Part shown: positions 61,601-64,000 of the stretch, one piece after another
How positions within the stretch are numbered: position 1 is the stretch's first letter
Layout: every line of letters starts with the position of its first letter
Origin: Tubulanus polymorphus
Lineage: Eukaryota > Animalia > Nemertea
DNA length: 64,000 bases
Reading direction: 5' to 3'
Assembly (NCBI RefSeq): GCF_964204645.1
Contig: NC_134029.1
Location: 5,890,001-5,954,000 of the forward strand
Made by a program: the position numbers and the translations under genes
The notes under the pieces: generated by a model
Seen by the model: the letters and a program-made list of their open reading frames with translations, nothing else
Databases searched by the model: none
What the model was told of the DNA's origin: nothing

Positions 61601-63622
61601 TAATGCCCTACAAATTAAGGCGTTAATCAGCCAGCTGGTGCAGTGAGACTAATCTGACTGTATCATAGGCAGTGAATGCTATATTTTGGCCCTACCAAGA
61701 GTTAAATCAAGATTGTTAGATTCTTTAGCAAATTTTCCACCATCGTTTAACTTCAAAACCCAGCCTTGAAATTCATTAACAGGCTGTTCTTAGTTAGACA
61801 AGAGCAAATAATAACAACGCTAAATTCTAACCGACATACCTCACTCGTTAAAACTGCAATTTCGGCATTTTTCTCATCCAACATACTGTAATAGTAATCA
61901 CGTTCGCTTGTAAGTCTTTGACAGTCCCCGACGCGATCTTGAAGCAGAGCCGATAAGTGATCTTTCTCGGCTACGGTCGCCGTAAACTGAGCGTTGACGT
62001 CTTCGGATTTTTCTTCGCTTTCGCTGATTCTAGAACGTAGACCCGTTATTTCCGTGCGCAATATTTCAAGCTCGACGTTCGCCGCATTTTTCTTCTCAGT
62101 CATCGACATGAGCTCGTCCTGCAACACCGACATCTGATCCAGCGCACGCCCTCTTTCAGTCTTTTCCATAGTTGCCATCTTGAAAATATCAGTCAAAGAA
62201 TGACAAAACTAAACCTAAATCGGTCAATAACACATTTTGCTCCTGAACTAGCAAATAAACCAAAGGTTCAAAACTTTTTTTTGTGAACATACCAAAGCAT
62301 ATCAAATTCAATTAATTAGACTTCAGACTTCAGTTTTTTTAGATTTTTTAATAGAATCAAGTTTCATATAAAATCCCTCCAATACAGTACCTGCTCTTTC
62401 AAATTCAAAAGCGATTCATTTCGCAACGCTTCGATCGCCGACTGCAGCTGGATGACGGTAAGTTCTTTTTCCTCGAAGGCGTCCTCTAGTTGGCGTTTTT
62501 TGTCAAGCAGTTGTTCCTCGCGATTTTGCACCTTCTTCAAATGGTCCTTTTCGACGTCGAGTTCATTTTGCAATCGTCCCAACATGTCCTTAAATTCAAC
62601 ACAGAAATCAAAGCCACATAAATAAACACGCAAAAAAAATTTCCTCCAAAAATTAGATTAACAGTTAGATTTTCTATGATGGTGATGAAATAATACTTAT
62701 ATAGTGCCAATTTAAGTATTCAAAGGTGCTTAAAAGTAACCAGGTATTTTTTGGAGTCTTTTGAATTTTTCCAAATCCGGTTCCTGATGAATGTTTTTGC
62801 GTAGAACATTCCAAATGAACAAGAAATGTGAAAGACCGTCTGCCAGAGGCTAGATACCAGCAGTAGAATGAAAGCAATTGTATGAAAACACACCTCGTAT
62901 TGCTTTGTCTTCTCATGAAGTGTCCTCAATTCGACTTTAAGATCATCTCGATCAGTTTTTGTGGCCAGTAACTCCTTCTGCGTATCGTCTAAAGTCGACT
63001 CCAATCCACATTTCTATTCATGATAAAACAAATTTTTAATGGACTTTTTCAGCTTTGAATTTCAATCATTGTTAGATGTCTCAGCTTTTACAAACCTTGT
63101 GTTGCCAGTGTTCTTTATCGGTACCAAAATCTTTCTTGATTTGATTCAACTTCGTTTCCAAATCTCTGATGTGGTCGTCCTTCATTTTCAGCTGGTTTCG
63201 ACTTTGAGTTCTGGAAATAACAACCGATGGCACACGTTTTTACGATAAGCAATTTAAACCAACCCCAACTACGATTGACGATGGCTCCAAGTGCTGTTAT
63301 TTGGATACTTCTAGAACTAGCCAGACTAGTAACGACTTAATCAATAATACTATTCAAAATAAATATTTGAATAATAAATCTCTTAAGATGGGTAGAAGCA
63401 TTCGAAATTTCTATATCCATATTTCATCACTTACTGTAAAACATCAAGCTGTTCCTGAAGTGATAGGGCTTGTTTGCGAGCGTTCAATGACCGTTCAGCG
63501 GTCGCTGAAATCTGTTTTTCGTGCTCTTCAGCGATGTGCGTCAGCTTCTCTTGATTTTCTTTCGCGGTCGTCTTTCGGAATTCGTGAAAATCATCTGTCA
63601 GACTTCTCAGCTCATTTTCCAA
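58602..63622 (-). CDS. CCDC158: Coiled-coil domain-containing protein 158-like, 3' portion (gene continues beyond the window end)
   Basis: Exons include 63622-63435, 63210-63096, 63013-62894, 62588-62391, 62178-61840, 61557-61279, 61196-61016, 60925-60860, 60666-60554, further exons at ~60.5-58.8 kb, and last exon 58687-58602 (stop TGA). Peptides HEKQISATAERSLNARKQALSLQEQLDVLQ, MQKEVTAKRGQLDSLHSKIYWLEE and CQRLEQKIQNL...NREMAQLMKDQDKKLRKVRE resemble vertebrate CCDC158 as recalled (MQKQITAKRGQIDALQSKIQFLEE); not database-checked. Confidence 0.8.
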
Positions 63623-64000
63623 CTGATATGAAATACACAAACATCATACACATGAATAACAATATCGAAATGGAATCATGCTTTCTTAAGTCTGGATCGG
63701 GTTGATCAAGATTTTGACCTGAATGACACACTTCTTAAATATACAGAAAATACTAATTTTCATCCAAGGTTCACATAATTTCATTTATCCCCTGATCTGG
63801 GTTTTACCTAATAATTGGATCATCCAAATAAAGGATTATTACTTAGGTTACTCAAGAACCTCAACTGAAAATGAACTTATTGCGCGATTCTAGTGGTACT
63901 GAGGGTCTAGAATTCTAATTTCATCTAACGTTTAAGCTTATAGCTTAAAATTCAAGATAGAAGGAAAATAACCTAATCTAGAGACAATCTCTTCTACCAT

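Overview
AT-rich, intron-rich eukaryotic (metazoan, probably marine invertebrate) genomic DNA, not prokaryotic; most short ORFs in the track are exon fragments or noise. Hand-assembly using GT-AG sites and reading phase gives five protein-coding genes: two tandem FAXDC2-like fatty-acid hydroxylase/sterol desaturase paralogues (minus strand, 5149-7725 and 10776-14450, six exons each with identical exon sizes), MOSPD2 (plus, 17071-22590), KIDINS220/ARMS (minus, 25942-43808) and the 3' part of a CCDC158-like coiled-coil gene (minus, 58602 to beyond the window end). Introns and spacers carry many short non-autonomous DNA transposons (piggyBac-like, hAT5/hAT6-like, pogo/Tc1-like, Harbinger-like, palindromic). 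The main leads are: (1) an ORF-less minus-strand locus at about 50-56.6 kb, with a ~250-bp-arm foldback whose arm differences are biased about 3:1 toward G:U pairs on the minus strand (hairpin-RNA-like), next to a 240-bp higher-order array made of repeated exon+intron units; (2) a minimal Penelope-type hammerhead ribozyme motif at 42859-42902; (3) candidate alternative first exons in MOSPD2 (would give a VAP-like isoform lacking CRAL-TRIO) and KIDINS220; (4) asymmetric divergence of the FAXDC2 duplicates around the His-box region. All gene models and counts are manual and need RNA-seq or alignment confirmation.
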